A stretch of DNA of 64,000 nt from an uncultured Chloroflexia bacterium (lineage in GTDB: Bacteria; Chloroflexota; Anaerolineae; B4-G1; SLSP01). This document shows, piece by piece, positions 9,040 to 18,752 of this stretch. How positions within the stretch are numbered: position 1 is the first letter of the stretch; each line of letters starts with the position of its first letter. A program made the translations under genes and the position numbers. The stretch is taken from the NCBI GenBank assembly GCA_963751345.1, contig CAVVUS010000011.1, forward strand, positions 1 through 64,000, read 5' to 3'. Below the pieces are notes generated by a model. It searched no databases. It was not told the DNA's origin and saw only the letters and a program-made list of their open reading frames with translations.

Positions 9040-10692
9040 ATGACGGAATCAAGACTGACTGGCGCGTATATGCGAGGGTTGTACCACGCCTGCGGTGTGG
9101 ATGAGATCGAGGGTCAGCCACGGATAGGGATTGCCAACTCGTGGAATGAAATGGTGCCGGGCCACATCCACCTCGATCTCGTTGCGGATGCGGTCAAGGA
9201 CGGCGTGCGCGCTGCCGGCGGTGTCCCACTGGAGTTCAACACCATCGCGCTCTGCGACGGCATCTGCCAGGGGAGCGGCATGCACGCCGTCCTGCCTAGT
9301 CGCGAGGTGATCGCCGCCTCGGTCGAGCTGACGGCGCGCGCCTACAGCTTTGATGCTCTGGTCTGTTTGGCCTCGTGCGACAAGATCGTTCCCGGGATGC
9401 TGATGGCTGCCGCGCGTCTGGATCTACCGACGATCTTCGTCACCGGCGGTCTGATGGCCGAGGGGGAGTGGCGGGGCGGGCGAGTCGTGACCTCTGATGT
9501 CAAGGAGGCCATAGGGCGAGCAAACCGGGGGGAGATCACGCTGGATGAGCTCCACGAGATCGAGTTCGCTGCCTGTCCGGGCCCGGGCGTGTGCAATATG
9601 ATGGGCACAGCGAACACGATGTGCACCGTTGTCGAGGCCGCCGGATTGAGCCTGCCCGGCAATGCAACAGTCGCGGCGACAGAGGGTCAGGACCAGATTA
9701 GCTCTGCCTTGCTGTCGCTCGCATCCGCAGCGGGCAGACAGGCGGTCACGCTATCCGGGAGCGACGTGACGTTCGGTGATATCGTGACGCCTGCCACCTT
9801 GCGCAACCTGATTGCAGTCGTGCAGGCAATGGGCGGCTCAACCAACCTGGTGCTGCACCTTACCGCACTCGCCACAGAACTGGGCTATCCTGTCACGCTC
9901 GACGATTGGGATCGCATCGGGCAGCAGACGCCGCTCCTGGCAAAGTTCAAGCCGGCGTCGTCCTATTCCGTGTCCGACTTCGGGCGCGCGGGTGGTGTCC
10001 CAGCGCTGCTCAAAGAAATGGCGCCCCTGCTGGACCTGAGTGCGCCTACGGCCTATGGGACTCCCTTGACCCAGGTCGTCGCGCAGGCTGAGAATCGTCT
10101 CCCTGAGATCATTCACTCACTAGAGGCTCCCCTAGCTCCCACGGGGGGCATCGTCGTTCTGCGTGGCAACCTGGCTCCCGAGGGAGCAGTCGTCAAGGCC
10201 AGTGGCGTCTCACCGAACATGGTGCATCACATTGGCCCTGCCCGCGTGTTCGACAGTGAAGAAGACGTGCAGAGATGCCTGCTTGACGGCGGCGTCCATC
10301 CCGGGGACGTGCTCGTGGTGCGCTACGAGGGACCGCGCGGCGGCCCAGGCATGCGCGAGCTCTCACTGCCGGCAGCGATCCTGGTTGGCATGGGGTTGGC
10401 AGAGTCGGTGGCTATGGTCACCGATGGGCGCTTTTCCGGCGCGACACGCGGCCCGTGCGTTGGGCACGTTTGCCCGGAAGCTGCACGGGGCGGGCCGCTA
10501 GCCGTCCTGCAGGATGGTGACGTGATCGAGATCGATATCGCCAACCGCACGCTGAACGTACGCTTGAGCGAGGAGGCACTGGACGCGCGGCTGGCTGCGT
10601 GGACGCCGCCCATCAAGGAAATCCCACCGGGCTTCCTGCGTATGTATGCCGCCCACGTCGGACCGGCGAGCCAGGGAGCGGTGGTGCGTTAA
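9040..10692 (+). CDS. ilvD: Dihydroxy-acid dehydratase family (IlvD/Edd)
   Basis: [64 protein letters not shown]. Confidence 0.92.
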   Translation: MTESRLTGAYMRGLYHACGVDEIEGQPRIGIANSWNEMVPGHIHLDLVADAVKDGVRAAGGVPLEFNTIALCDGICQGSGMHAVLPSREVIAASVELTARAYSFDALVCLASCDKIVPGMLMAAARLDLPTIFVTGGLMAEGEWRGGRVVTSDVKEAIGRANRGEITLDELHEIEFAACPGPGVCNMMGTANTMCTVVEAAGLSLPGNATVAATEGQDQISSALLSLASAAGRQAVTLSGSDVTFGDIVTPATLRNLIAVVQAMGGSTNLVLHLTALATELGYPVTLDDWDRIGQQTPLLAKFKPASSYSVSDFGRAGGVPALLKEMAPLLDLSAPTAYGTPLTQVVAQAENRLPEIIHSLEAPLAPTGGIVVLRGNLAPEGAVVKASGVSPNMVHHIGPARVFDSEEDVQRCLLDGGVHPGDVLVVRYEGPRGGPGMRELSLPAAILVGMGLAESVAMVTDGRFSGATRGPCVGHVCPEAARGGPLAVLQDGDVIEIDIANRTLNVRLSEEALDARLAAWTPPIKEIPPGFLRMYAAHVGPASQGAVVR

Positions 10693-10770
10693 CTCGGAGA
10701 TCACCCTCACTTACACTGTGGGGCTGTAGCTTGGGGAGCCGCCATGCGAGCTCCGGAAAGGAGTCGGGCA

Positions 10771-11649
10771 ATGGTCACTGACGTAGTATCAGAGCGTTTC
10801 GGATTTCTGGCCTCTCTGGGCTTTCAATCATGGCCGGTGGAAGACGTGGTTCGCTGTCTTGCTGATCTCGGCTACGATGCTGTGGAGTGGACACTGGGAC
10901 ATTTCGATCCGACCGCAAGCTCTGGCGATCTCGCCGATCTGGTCCGCGTACCAAGCCGGCACGGTCTCGTGGCTTCGGAGATTGTGGTCCAGCAGGACTT
11001 CGTGACACCGGATCCGGCACTCTTCGAGGCGCGGGTATCGCTGGTTGAGGCCTGCATCCCGGCAGCAGCAGGGATCGGCATCAGTGTTCTGAACCTCTGC
11101 ACCGGCCCAGCGCCCTGGGATCCAAAGGCACCGCGCCTTGGGAAGGACATCTCGGAAGGCGAGGCTTGGGCGCTGGTGGGCAAGGCCTTTGACAGACTGG
11201 TCCCCCTGGCAGAGCGCCATCATGTCTACCTGGCGGTAGAGGCGGTGTTTGGCCATCTCTGCCACGACTACTACACGCTGCTGGAGCTGTTGCGCCGTTA
11301 CGACTCCGAGTTTCTCGCCGTCAACATGGACCCCTCACACTACCGGTTGTATGGTAACGACATCGATTGGGTCGTTCACCAACTGGGAGCCAGGATCCAG
11401 CACGTGCATCTGAAAGACGTCGTCGGACGGCCGGGCATGGTGGGAGAGGACTTCACGTTCCCGCTGCTTGGGGAGGGCGTGGTCGACTGGGGTGCTTTCC
11501 GGCAGGCGCTGGGGGATGTGGATTATCGTGGCGTGATGTCTGTCGAGTTCGAGGCCTTCGGCTACTACGCGCAGATCCTGGGGCGGGATCCCGCCAAGGC
11601 CGCGGAGCTCTCAATGCAGCAGATCCGGGCTCTGTTTCCGTCTCAGTAG
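10771..11649 (+). CDS. Sugar phosphate isomerase/epimerase (xylose isomerase-like TIM barrel)
   Basis: LGYDAVE, LAVEAV, NMDPSH, HVHLKD, LGEGVVDW, MSVEFE. Confidence 0.88.
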   Translation: MVTDVVSERFGFLASLGFQSWPVEDVVRCLADLGYDAVEWTLGHFDPTASSGDLADLVRVPSRHGLVASEIVVQQDFVTPDPALFEARVSLVEACIPAAAGIGISVLNLCTGPAPWDPKAPRLGKDISEGEAWALVGKAFDRLVPLAERHHVYLAVEAVFGHLCHDYYTLLELLRRYDSEFLAVNMDPSHYRLYGNDIDWVVHQLGARIQHVHLKDVVGRPGMVGEDFTFPLLGEGVVDWGAFRQALGDVDYRGVMSVEFEAFGYYAQILGRDPAKAAELSMQQIRALFPSQ

Positions 11650-11727
11650 CTGAGACGGCGATGTGTGGGGTGAAGCTGACCGGTGGTGAGATCGTTGGTG
11701 AGTCATTGATAAGGAGGAGTAGACCCT

Positions 11728-12627
11728 ATGAAAACCCTAGTGACTGGTGGAGCCGGAGATATCGGAGCCTATGTAGTGGCAGATTTGGTGTCTCACGACA
11801 TCGACGTCACCATCCTTGATCTCAAGCCCCCGCGCAAGGAGGTCGAAGGCGTGGGGTTCGTGCAGTGTGACCTGATGGACCTGGAGGCCACGATCGAGAC
11901 CGTCAAGGATTATGATGTCGTGGTTCATCTGGCGGCTATCCCACATCCATTCAACGACCCTGCCGACCGGGTGATGGCTGTCAACATGGTCACGTGCTTC
12001 AACGTGCTGGAGGCGGTTCGGCTGAACGGTATACGGCGCGTCGTCTACGGGTGCAGCGAGTCATCGACCGGCTTTGGCATCCACAACGTGGAGCTCGTCC
12101 CCCTCTACCTGCCTATCGATGAGTCCCATCCGTGCTGGCCCCACGAGGTCTACAGTTTCACCAAGCGGTTCGGCGAAGTGATGGTGGAGAACTACGCCAG
12201 GGCCTACGGTATAGAGGCTATCGCACTGCGCTACTGCTGGGTATGGCTGGAGCGCGACCGGGCGGGAATCCAGGCAATTGTAGATGCGGGGCTGCGTGGC
12301 GAGGGAAATGCCAAGCCCTGGTTCGGGTGCTATGTCTCACCCCACGATGTGGCGCAGGCGGTCCGGCAATCCGTGTGCTATAAGTTCCCGGCGGAGCAGG
12401 CGATGGATTTCGAGGCATTCTACGTCACTGCCGATACCACCTACCTGACCGTACCCTCCTTGGATGCACTTGGGGCGCACTTCGATCCTATGCCCGAGCT
12501 GCGAGATGCGGCCTACTTCGTCGACGAGCCAAAGGCATCGCCATTCGACAACCGCAAGGCCAAACGGCTGCTCGGATTTCAGCCCACGATGGACTGGCGG
12601 ACCTTCGCCCAGTGGCCGAAACCCTAG
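11728..12627 (+). CDS. NAD-dependent epimerase/dehydratase (extended SDR)
   Basis: LVTGGAGDIG, VVHLAA, YSFTK (YxxxK); SD AAGGAGG. Confidence 0.9.
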   Translation: MKTLVTGGAGDIGAYVVADLVSHDIDVTILDLKPPRKEVEGVGFVQCDLMDLEATIETVKDYDVVVHLAAIPHPFNDPADRVMAVNMVTCFNVLEAVRLNGIRRVVYGCSESSTGFGIHNVELVPLYLPIDESHPCWPHEVYSFTKRFGEVMVENYARAYGIEAIALRYCWVWLERDRAGIQAIVDAGLRGEGNAKPWFGCYVSPHDVAQAVRQSVCYKFPAEQAMDFEAFYVTADTTYLTVPSLDALGAHFDPMPELRDAAYFVDEPKASPFDNRKAKRLLGFQPTMDWRTFAQWPKP

Positions 12628-12709
12628 CAGACGACGGGTTGTCGTTGAGCACCGTATGTCGCCTCTTATGGCGAGATGGTGAATCCATATGCGGAGTGGA
12701 GACGACTGA

Positions 12710-12843
12710 CCATACACGTGGTCGACCGAGTCCCGTCGCTCCCGCCTATAGTAATCCCCTATGGGACACCAAGAGCTCTTCTTCACCGGAGGGCTCTTTG
12801 TGTTCTCCGGTAGATTGCCCCAGTCGACCGGAAGGCCCATAGT
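12710..12843 (+). repeat. tRNA-3'-end/terminator module, copy 6
   Basis: CATACACGTGGTCGAC arm, CGAGTCCCGTCGCTCCCGCC 12727-12746, hairpin 12771-12798 with changed loop but retained stem, TTGCCC-17-CATAGT 12815-12843. Confidence 0.92.
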
Positions 12844-13080
12844 GGGCGCGAGCGCGGGCGCAGGACTGTCTTGGATGGATGGCTTCGGCCTGTAGAATAC
12901 CACCCTCAATACCCCCATTGTGTGATGACGCCTATACTCCCTCTCTGGTATGCTGTGGACGATGAAGAGTGTGATTCCAACCAGGCGGGGCGAGTATCTA
13001 GCGACCAAACCGGCACAGCTACCAGATTCGTCCGGTTGATCGCCGAGGACGACTTCAACCAAACAGGAAAGGACAGAAAC

Positions 13081-14004
13081 ATGAAAACAACGCATAGAGG
13101 CTACGCGGAGACGTCAGGAGACTTCAACCGGCTGTGTCGTTTCATCTCGGAGCGTGGGAATGACTTTCGCGACTATTCGACGTGGTCGCTGGGGCGGCTG
13201 GTGGACTGGAAGTACGGTCTCTACGACAACAAGCAGGCGGTCGCCGACTTCTGCGATCAGAACGCCCATCTCTGGTTCGATGCTTTTGGCGATCTGATCG
13301 GCTTTGTGGTGTCGGAGAGTGGCGACGCGAGCTTTGCGATCTTACTGGCGGATGGCTACCGGTTTCTCTTCGAAGAGCTGCTGACGTGGGCGCTCGACGC
13401 TTGGGGCGACCGCGAGGGCACGACACAGGTCGAGGTGACTGTGCGCCAGGACGTGGAAATCAGGGCATTGGAACGCCATGGTTTCCAGCAGCAGACGACC
13501 TTCTACGCGCGGTGCTTCGACCTGACCCGGGCGTCGGAAGCGCGGAAGTCGCTGGCGGAGGGATTCACCATCGTCGATATGCATTCGCATCCTGACTACG
13601 CCGGACAGCGCCGGCTGCGCGACAACGCGTTTGACGGCAGGAATGACCTGCCCCAGGATGTGATCGAGCGGGAGCTTGAGTTCTACAACCACAGTCAGAA
13701 GGGCCCGATCTATCATCCACAGGTCGATCTCTGCGTGATGGCGGCGGATGGGCAGCTCGTGGCCGGGTGCGAGGCGCTGCTGGACGCGCGGAACGCGACA
13801 GCCGACCTCGAGCGCATCTGCACGCATAGCGATTTTCGGCGCCGGGGCTTTGCCAGGGCCGCGATCCTGGCGTGTATGGACCGGCTCCGCGAGATGGGCT
13901 TCAGGACCGCCTACATCACCGGTTATAGCCCGGGGGCCATCGCCCTCTACGGTTCGTTGGGCCACGTCGGTGAGACGGTGTGCTTCGAATACCGGCTTGC
14001 TTGA
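13081..14004 (+). CDS. GNAT family N-acetyltransferase
   Basis: C-terminal ICTHSDFRRRGFARA...AIALYGSLG acetyl-CoA motif; start MKTTHR after AAAGGA. Confidence 0.85.
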   Translation: MKTTHRGYAETSGDFNRLCRFISERGNDFRDYSTWSLGRLVDWKYGLYDNKQAVADFCDQNAHLWFDAFGDLIGFVVSESGDASFAILLADGYRFLFEELLTWALDAWGDREGTTQVEVTVRQDVEIRALERHGFQQQTTFYARCFDLTRASEARKSLAEGFTIVDMHSHPDYAGQRRLRDNAFDGRNDLPQDVIERELEFYNHSQKGPIYHPQVDLCVMAADGQLVAGCEALLDARNATADLERICTHSDFRRRGFARAAILACMDRLREMGFRTAYITGYSPGAIALYGSLGHVGETVCFEYRLA

Positions 14005-14052
14005 TGCCGGAGGGAATGTTGCGCTAGTGCGCGGGTACGGTACACTTGGTGC

Positions 14053-16953
14053 ATGGAGACACAGCTCCTACGCACCAAGTTCTATGTGCCTCCCATACGG
14101 ACCGAGCTGGTCTGGCGCCCACGCCTGATCGAGCGGCTGAATGCGGGCCTGTGGTGGGACGGCGGCGCGGCGCGCAAGCTCACGCTCGTTTCTGCCCCGG
14201 CGGGCTTTGGCAAGACGACGCTGGTGAGTGCGTGGGTCAAAGCGCTGGGGGATGCTTCTCCCTCTATCGCTGTCGGTTGGCTCTCGATCGATGAGAGCGA
14301 CAACGACCCGATCCGCTTCCTCACCTATCTCGTAGGGGCGTTGCAGGCCGTCAACGCCGATATCAGCAAGGGGGCCTTGACGGCACTGCGATCTCCGCAG
14401 CCCCCGCCCGTCGAGGCCATCCTGACCACGCTGATCAACGACATCACAGCTCTCCCTGAGCGGATCGTCCTCGTGCTTGACGACTACCATCTGATTGAGG
14501 CGCAAATGATCCACGATGCGCTCACCTTTCTGCTTCGCCGCCTGCCGCCCCAGCTACACCTGGTTATCGCCACGCGTGAGGACCCGCTTCTCCCCTTGGC
14601 CCGTCTACGCGCCCGGGGACAGATGACGGAACTGCGTGCCGCGGACCTGCGGTTCACCCATGACGAGGTCGCCGAGTTCCTCAACCGCGCGATGGGATTG
14701 GACCTGTCATCGGGCGACACTGCAGCATTGGGCGATCGCACTGAAGGCTGGATTGCCGGATTGCAGCTAGCCGCGCTCGCCCTGCAAGGGAGTGTTGCTG
14801 AGCAGGGGCGCGGCGATGTGGGTCGCTTCATCGACTCATTCGCCGGCAGCCACCGCTTTGTTCTGGACTACCTGATTGAGGATGTCCTGGAGAGGCAGTC
14901 GAAGAGTGTCCAAACCTTCTTGCTGCGAACCTCCATTCTAGAGCGGCTAACCGGCTGCTTGTGCGATGCTCTCACCGGTCAGGAGGATGGCCAACAGACT
15001 CTGGAGATGCTGGAACGCGCCAATCTGTTCATCGTGCCTTTGGACAACGAGCGCCAATGGTATCGCTACCATCATCTCTTTGCCGATATGCTCCGGCGGC
15101 AATTGCAGCGCACAGAGTCACATCTGGTTTCCCAGCACCATCATCGGGCGAGTATCTGGCTGGAGCAAGCTGGATTCTTCGATGATGCGATCAGGCATGC
15201 GTTGCTGGCCAACGATTTCACCCGCAGTGCCGACCTAATCGCAGACCTGGCCGATCCTTTGTGGAAACGAGGCGAACACGTCAAGCTGCGGTTATGGTTG
15301 GCGAAACTGCCAGAGGAGGCGCTATGTGTCCGGCTCGAGCTCTGTATCTATCAGGCCTGGTTCTTATTCTCCACCGGGCAACCTGAACCCGCTCAACAAT
15401 TGCTCCAGGTGGTCGAGCGGGACATCGAATCGGACCGTGATCATCCCAAACTGCGGGGCCGGCTGGGAGCCATCAGGTCACAGATAGCTTACTGGAAGGA
15501 AGATATGCCGGGCATCGTTCGGTATGGTGGTTGGGCAATGGAGTATCTGCGATCGGGCGATCCCTGGCGCAATATGGCAGCCACCGCTATCGGCGATGCA
15601 CGCCATTTCCAGGGCGATGTCCAGGCTGCCTACCAGACTCGTCTGGAAACCCTAGCCGCCAGCCCACCGGAAGATGATCTTTTTTTCTATATGGTTGCCA
15701 ACCTGAAGGTCGCATCCAGCTTGCGAGCGATGGGAAAGCTCAACGAGGTCATCCAGATCTGTCAGCAGCAACGGGAGTTTGCCACACAGCGGGGCCTGTC
15801 GAAAACAGTATTTGTGGGCTGGGCCCTCGCGCTCTGGGCGGTTACTCTGGCGGAGCAAGATGAGCTAGACCAGGCTCTGGAGTTTGCCCAACAAAGCTTG
15901 GAACTCAACCTGGGTGGCGATTATGCGTTATTGAGTTTCAGTTACCTTGTCCTGGCGATCGTGTGTTTCCATCGTGGGGATTACGACAATGCAGAAGCCA
16001 ACCTAAAGACATTGGCCGAAATCCAACAAACTCACCACATCCCCTTCAATACTGCCGGATCCCTGGTAGGATGGCAAGCCCGGGTACTGCTGGCGCAGAA
16101 TCGATTGGGTGAGGCCGCACGGTGGATCGCTGCCCAGGATTGTGAGGGCGACGAAAAGCTGTTCATGACATACGACCACGTGATTGTGGTACGCGCCCGC
16201 CTCCTCCTGTCTCAGGGAAACCTGGATGAAGCGACCAGCCTGCTGACTCGCTTGGCGAACGCTTGTGAGGCTATTGGGCATGTCACCCACTGGATTGAGA
16301 TACTGATTCTTCAGGCCCTCACCTACTACAAGTCCGACAGGATTTCTCTGGCTCACCACCACCTTGAACAGGCCCTCATCTTGGCTGAACCCGGTGGCTT
16401 CATTCGAGCATTCGCCAGCGAAGGCCAGCCGATGGCCCGGCTGCTCTATGAAGCCCTCTCGCGGGGGATAGTACCGGACTATGTCCGGCGGCTGCTATCA
16501 GCTTTCCATAATACTGGACCGGCGTCGCCACCATCGTCTGGGGTCCATCGTTCATCGTCGGATCTGATAGAGCCGCTGAGCGATCGCGAACTCCAGGTGC
16601 TGAAGCTGGTCGCGGAGGGTTTCACCAACCCGGAGATCGCGTCCAAGCTCTACCTCTCCCCGCATACGATCAAGACCCACACGCGAAACATCTACGGCAA
16701 GCTTGGCGTACACAGTCGCACGCAGGCTGTAGCGCGCGCTCAGGTCCTTAGGGACTTCTGTCGACCGGATAGGTGCCGTGTGGGCTCATCCGTGGCGGCA
16801 GTGGCTTTGCTGCCCACGACCTCTACTGAGGCTGGCTTCAGTCGTGGGACTCGTTGTCGTTTCCTCCATTCAGTACTACTACCCCGGTTACCCCGTTCGT
16901 GTGATGACGCTACTCCCGCCTCGCGGCTACAGTGTGGATGTTGCTTTCAATGA
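14053..16953 (+). CDS. MalT-like ATP-dependent LuxR family transcriptional regulator
   Basis: LLRTKFYVP, SAPAGFGKTT, LVLDDYH, TEGWIAGLQL, YRYHHLF, C-terminal HTH LSDRELQVL..KTHTRNIYGKL; the true stop is probably TAG 16770-16772 (indel near 16750). Confidence 0.92.
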   Translation: METQLLRTKFYVPPIRTELVWRPRLIERLNAGLWWDGGAARKLTLVSAPAGFGKTTLVSAWVKALGDASPSIAVGWLSIDESDNDPIRFLTYLVGALQAVNADISKGALTALRSPQPPPVEAILTTLINDITALPERIVLVLDDYHLIEAQMIHDALTFLLRRLPPQLHLVIATREDPLLPLARLRARGQMTELRAADLRFTHDEVAEFLNRAMGLDLSSGDTAALGDRTEGWIAGLQLAALALQGSVAEQGRGDVGRFIDSFAGSHRFVLDYLIEDVLERQSKSVQTFLLRTSILERLTGCLCDALTGQEDGQQTLEMLERANLFIVPLDNERQWYRYHHLFADMLRRQLQRTESHLVSQHHHRASIWLEQAGFFDDAIRHALLANDFTRSADLIADLADPLWKRGEHVKLRLWLAKLPEEALCVRLELCIYQAWFLFSTGQPEPAQQLLQVVERDIESDRDHPKLRGRLGAIRSQIAYWKEDMPGIVRYGGWAMEYLRSGDPWRNMAATAIGDARHFQGDVQAAYQTRLETLAASPPEDDLFFYMVANLKVASSLRAMGKLNEVIQICQQQREFATQRGLSKTVFVGWALALWAVTLAEQDELDQALEFAQQSLELNLGGDYALLSFSYLVLAIVCFHRGDYDNAEANLKTLAEIQQTHHIPFNTAGSLVGWQARVLLAQNRLGEAARWIAAQDCEGDEKLFMTYDHVIVVRARLLLSQGNLDEATSLLTRLANACEAIGHVTHWIEILILQALTYYKSDRISLAHHHLEQALILAEPGGFIRAFASEGQPMARLLYEALSRGIVPDYVRRLLSAFHNTGPASPPSSGVHRSSSDLIEPLSDRELQVLKLVAEGFTNPEIASKLYLSPHTIKTHTRNIYGKLGVHSRTQAVARAQVLRDFCRPDRCRVGSSVAAVALLPTTSTEAGFSRGTRCRFLHSVLLPRLPRSCDDATPASRLQCGCCFQ

Positions 16954-16984
16954 GAGAGTCGCACAAGGAGAGAGAGAAGTGAGG

Positions 16985-18154
16985 ATGGCGAGGAAAGCAA
17001 AGGATCCGGCAAAAGGATGCCGACACGGCATACCCTTCATCACGAGCACAATGCTCATCCTATCGATTCTGACATCATCGAGCCTGGTCGGATGCGGTTC
17101 TTCGGAGCCGCAATTGGCAGTCGTAGACTATCGACCCTTGACAGGGGATGACTGGGAAGTGTCTACGCCGGCAGAGCAGGGGATGGACCCGGAACTGGTG
17201 GCTGAACTCTACCATAATGCGGCTGAACTTGAGACCCTCTATGGGCTGCTGGTGACCAAAAACGGTTATCTGGTGGCCGAGGAGTACTTCAACGGAGGGA
17301 CAATCGGGCAGAAAGCCCTGTTGCAGTCGGCGTCCAAGAGTTTCCTCTCCGCATTGGTTGGCATTGCGCTGGATCAGGGCTGCTTGTCAAGCGTGGATCA
17401 GAAGATGCTTGACTTCTTCCCAGAGTCTGTCGACCAAATCGTCGATCCGAGGAAAGCGCAGATCACCCTTCGCCACATGTTGCAGATGCGCGCCGGCTAC
17501 CCTGACGAGGAGACGGATTCGGCCTATCTGGATGCGCTCTACTGGGGCGAGTATCTTCCCCTGATCGCTGAGTTCCCACTTGTCGACGATCCAGGATCCG
17601 CATTCAACTACAGCAACCTGACAAGCAGTTGGCTGGCAATCATCGTGGCCCGAGCGTGTGAGACGGACCTCAAGTCTTTTGCTCAGCAATACCTATTCTC
17701 GCCGATGGATGTCGAGGTGGGCGAGTGGTTGCAGGATCGGGATGGCCACTACATAGGCAGCGGGGGCATCCACCTCACGGCTCGCGAGGCGGCAAAGTTT
17801 GGCGCGTTGTACCTCAACAACGGCAAATACGAGGGGAACCAGATCGTCCCTGCCGATTGGGTGCGTGATTCGCTGCAGACGTATACGGAGCATGCCCGGA
17901 ACTATGGTATGAGCGTTCGCTTCCGCGATATGGCCTATGGTTACCAGTGGTGGTCCGCTCGGGCGGGGGGGCATCGGTTTAACTTCGCATGGGGACATGG
18001 CGGACAACTGATCGTGCTGTTGGACGACCTTGACATGGTGATTGTCACGACTGCCGATCCGTTTTTCGGCCAACACGACGGCCAATCATGGAAACATGAA
18101 AAGGCAACCATGAATCTAGTGGCGGATTTCATAGCATCCTTACCGGGTGAGTGA
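16985..18154 (+). CDS. Serine hydrolase (beta-lactamase/6-aminohexanoate-dimer hydrolase-like), probable lipoprotein
   Basis: Lipobox-like LVGC, QSASKS (SxxK), FNYSN, YGYQWW, AWGHGGQ. Confidence 0.88.
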   Translation: MARKAKDPAKGCRHGIPFITSTMLILSILTSSSLVGCGSSEPQLAVVDYRPLTGDDWEVSTPAEQGMDPELVAELYHNAAELETLYGLLVTKNGYLVAEEYFNGGTIGQKALLQSASKSFLSALVGIALDQGCLSSVDQKMLDFFPESVDQIVDPRKAQITLRHMLQMRAGYPDEETDSAYLDALYWGEYLPLIAEFPLVDDPGSAFNYSNLTSSWLAIIVARACETDLKSFAQQYLFSPMDVEVGEWLQDRDGHYIGSGGIHLTAREAAKFGALYLNNGKYEGNQIVPADWVRDSLQTYTEHARNYGMSVRFRDMAYGYQWWSARAGGHRFNFAWGHGGQLIVLLDDLDMVIVTTADPFFGQHDGQSWKHEKATMNLVADFIASLPGE

Positions 18155-18288
18155 CACTCAAGCTGGAACGCCACTGTGGCCGGTTGACGACTCCGGCCGC
18201 TCCCAAAGGGAAGCAGCCGGGGGCACTGTAGACCGTCGGATCGCGTGCGGGGGGATCGCAGGCTATAGGGCAGCACCACGACTGTATG

Positions 18289-18421
18289 AATACACGCGAT
18301 CGAACGACTCCCTTCGCTCCCACCTCTAGTATTTCCCTATGGGACATCAAGAGCTCTCTAGCCATAGAGGGCTCTTTGTGTTTTGCGGCAGTCTGCTATT
18401 CTTGAACGAAAGGCCTATGGT
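18289..18421 (+). repeat. tRNA-3'-end/terminator module, copy 7 (most mutated tRNA segment)
   Basis: AATACACGCGATCGAA arm, CGACTCCCTTCGCTCCCACC 18305-18324, terminator 18349-18376, GGCCTATGGT. Confidence 0.9.
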
Positions 18422-18494
18422 GCGTGCTGTATGCGTCGGATGGTCCGGTGACCTGCGTTTGCCGAACCGCGATGGGCATACCGTTAGTGCGTGT

Positions 18495-18707
18495 CTGCGT
18501 GGAAGGGGTGACGTGATCTTCAACCGCCGTATGCGTCAGAAAAGCGGAGATTTCCGTCCTCCCCATCTCGCGGGGATGGCGTTTGTCATGAAAAAGAATG
18601 AAGCGCTCGATCCAAGTAACGTAGACCTGTTCCGTACGGAACGATTCATGCTTCACGCGCAACAAGTCGCGTACCTGATCGAGTCGTGTTTTCGCCGGCG
18701 GCATCAC
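18495..18707 (-). pseudogene. intI: Integron integrase N-terminal (SAM-like) domain remnant
   Basis: RLDQVRDLLRVKHESFRTEQVYVTWIERFILFHDKRHPREMGRTEISAFLTHTAVEDHVTPSTQ follows the IntI N-terminal pattern; similarity stops at STQ, so the catalytic domain is absent. Confidence 0.85.
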
Positions 18708-18715
18708 CTCCTCGA

Positions 18716-18743
18716 TTGACTCAGTGCATGCACACCCTATACT
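18716..18743 (+). promoter_or_regulatory. Sigma70-like promoter divergent from the intI remnant
   Basis: TTGACT-16-TATACT upstream of ORF 18753. Confidence 0.5.
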
Positions 18744-18752
18744 GATGCTACC

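Noticed and set aside
16773-16984. C-terminal extension of MalT and N-terminal extension of the serine hydrolase as overlapping genes
   Set aside because: Better explained by an indel near 16750 and a downstream start at 16985.
1-18421. The repeat series as a CRISPR array
   Set aside because: Spacing is 0.5-5.6 kb with whole genes in between, and there are no cas genes.
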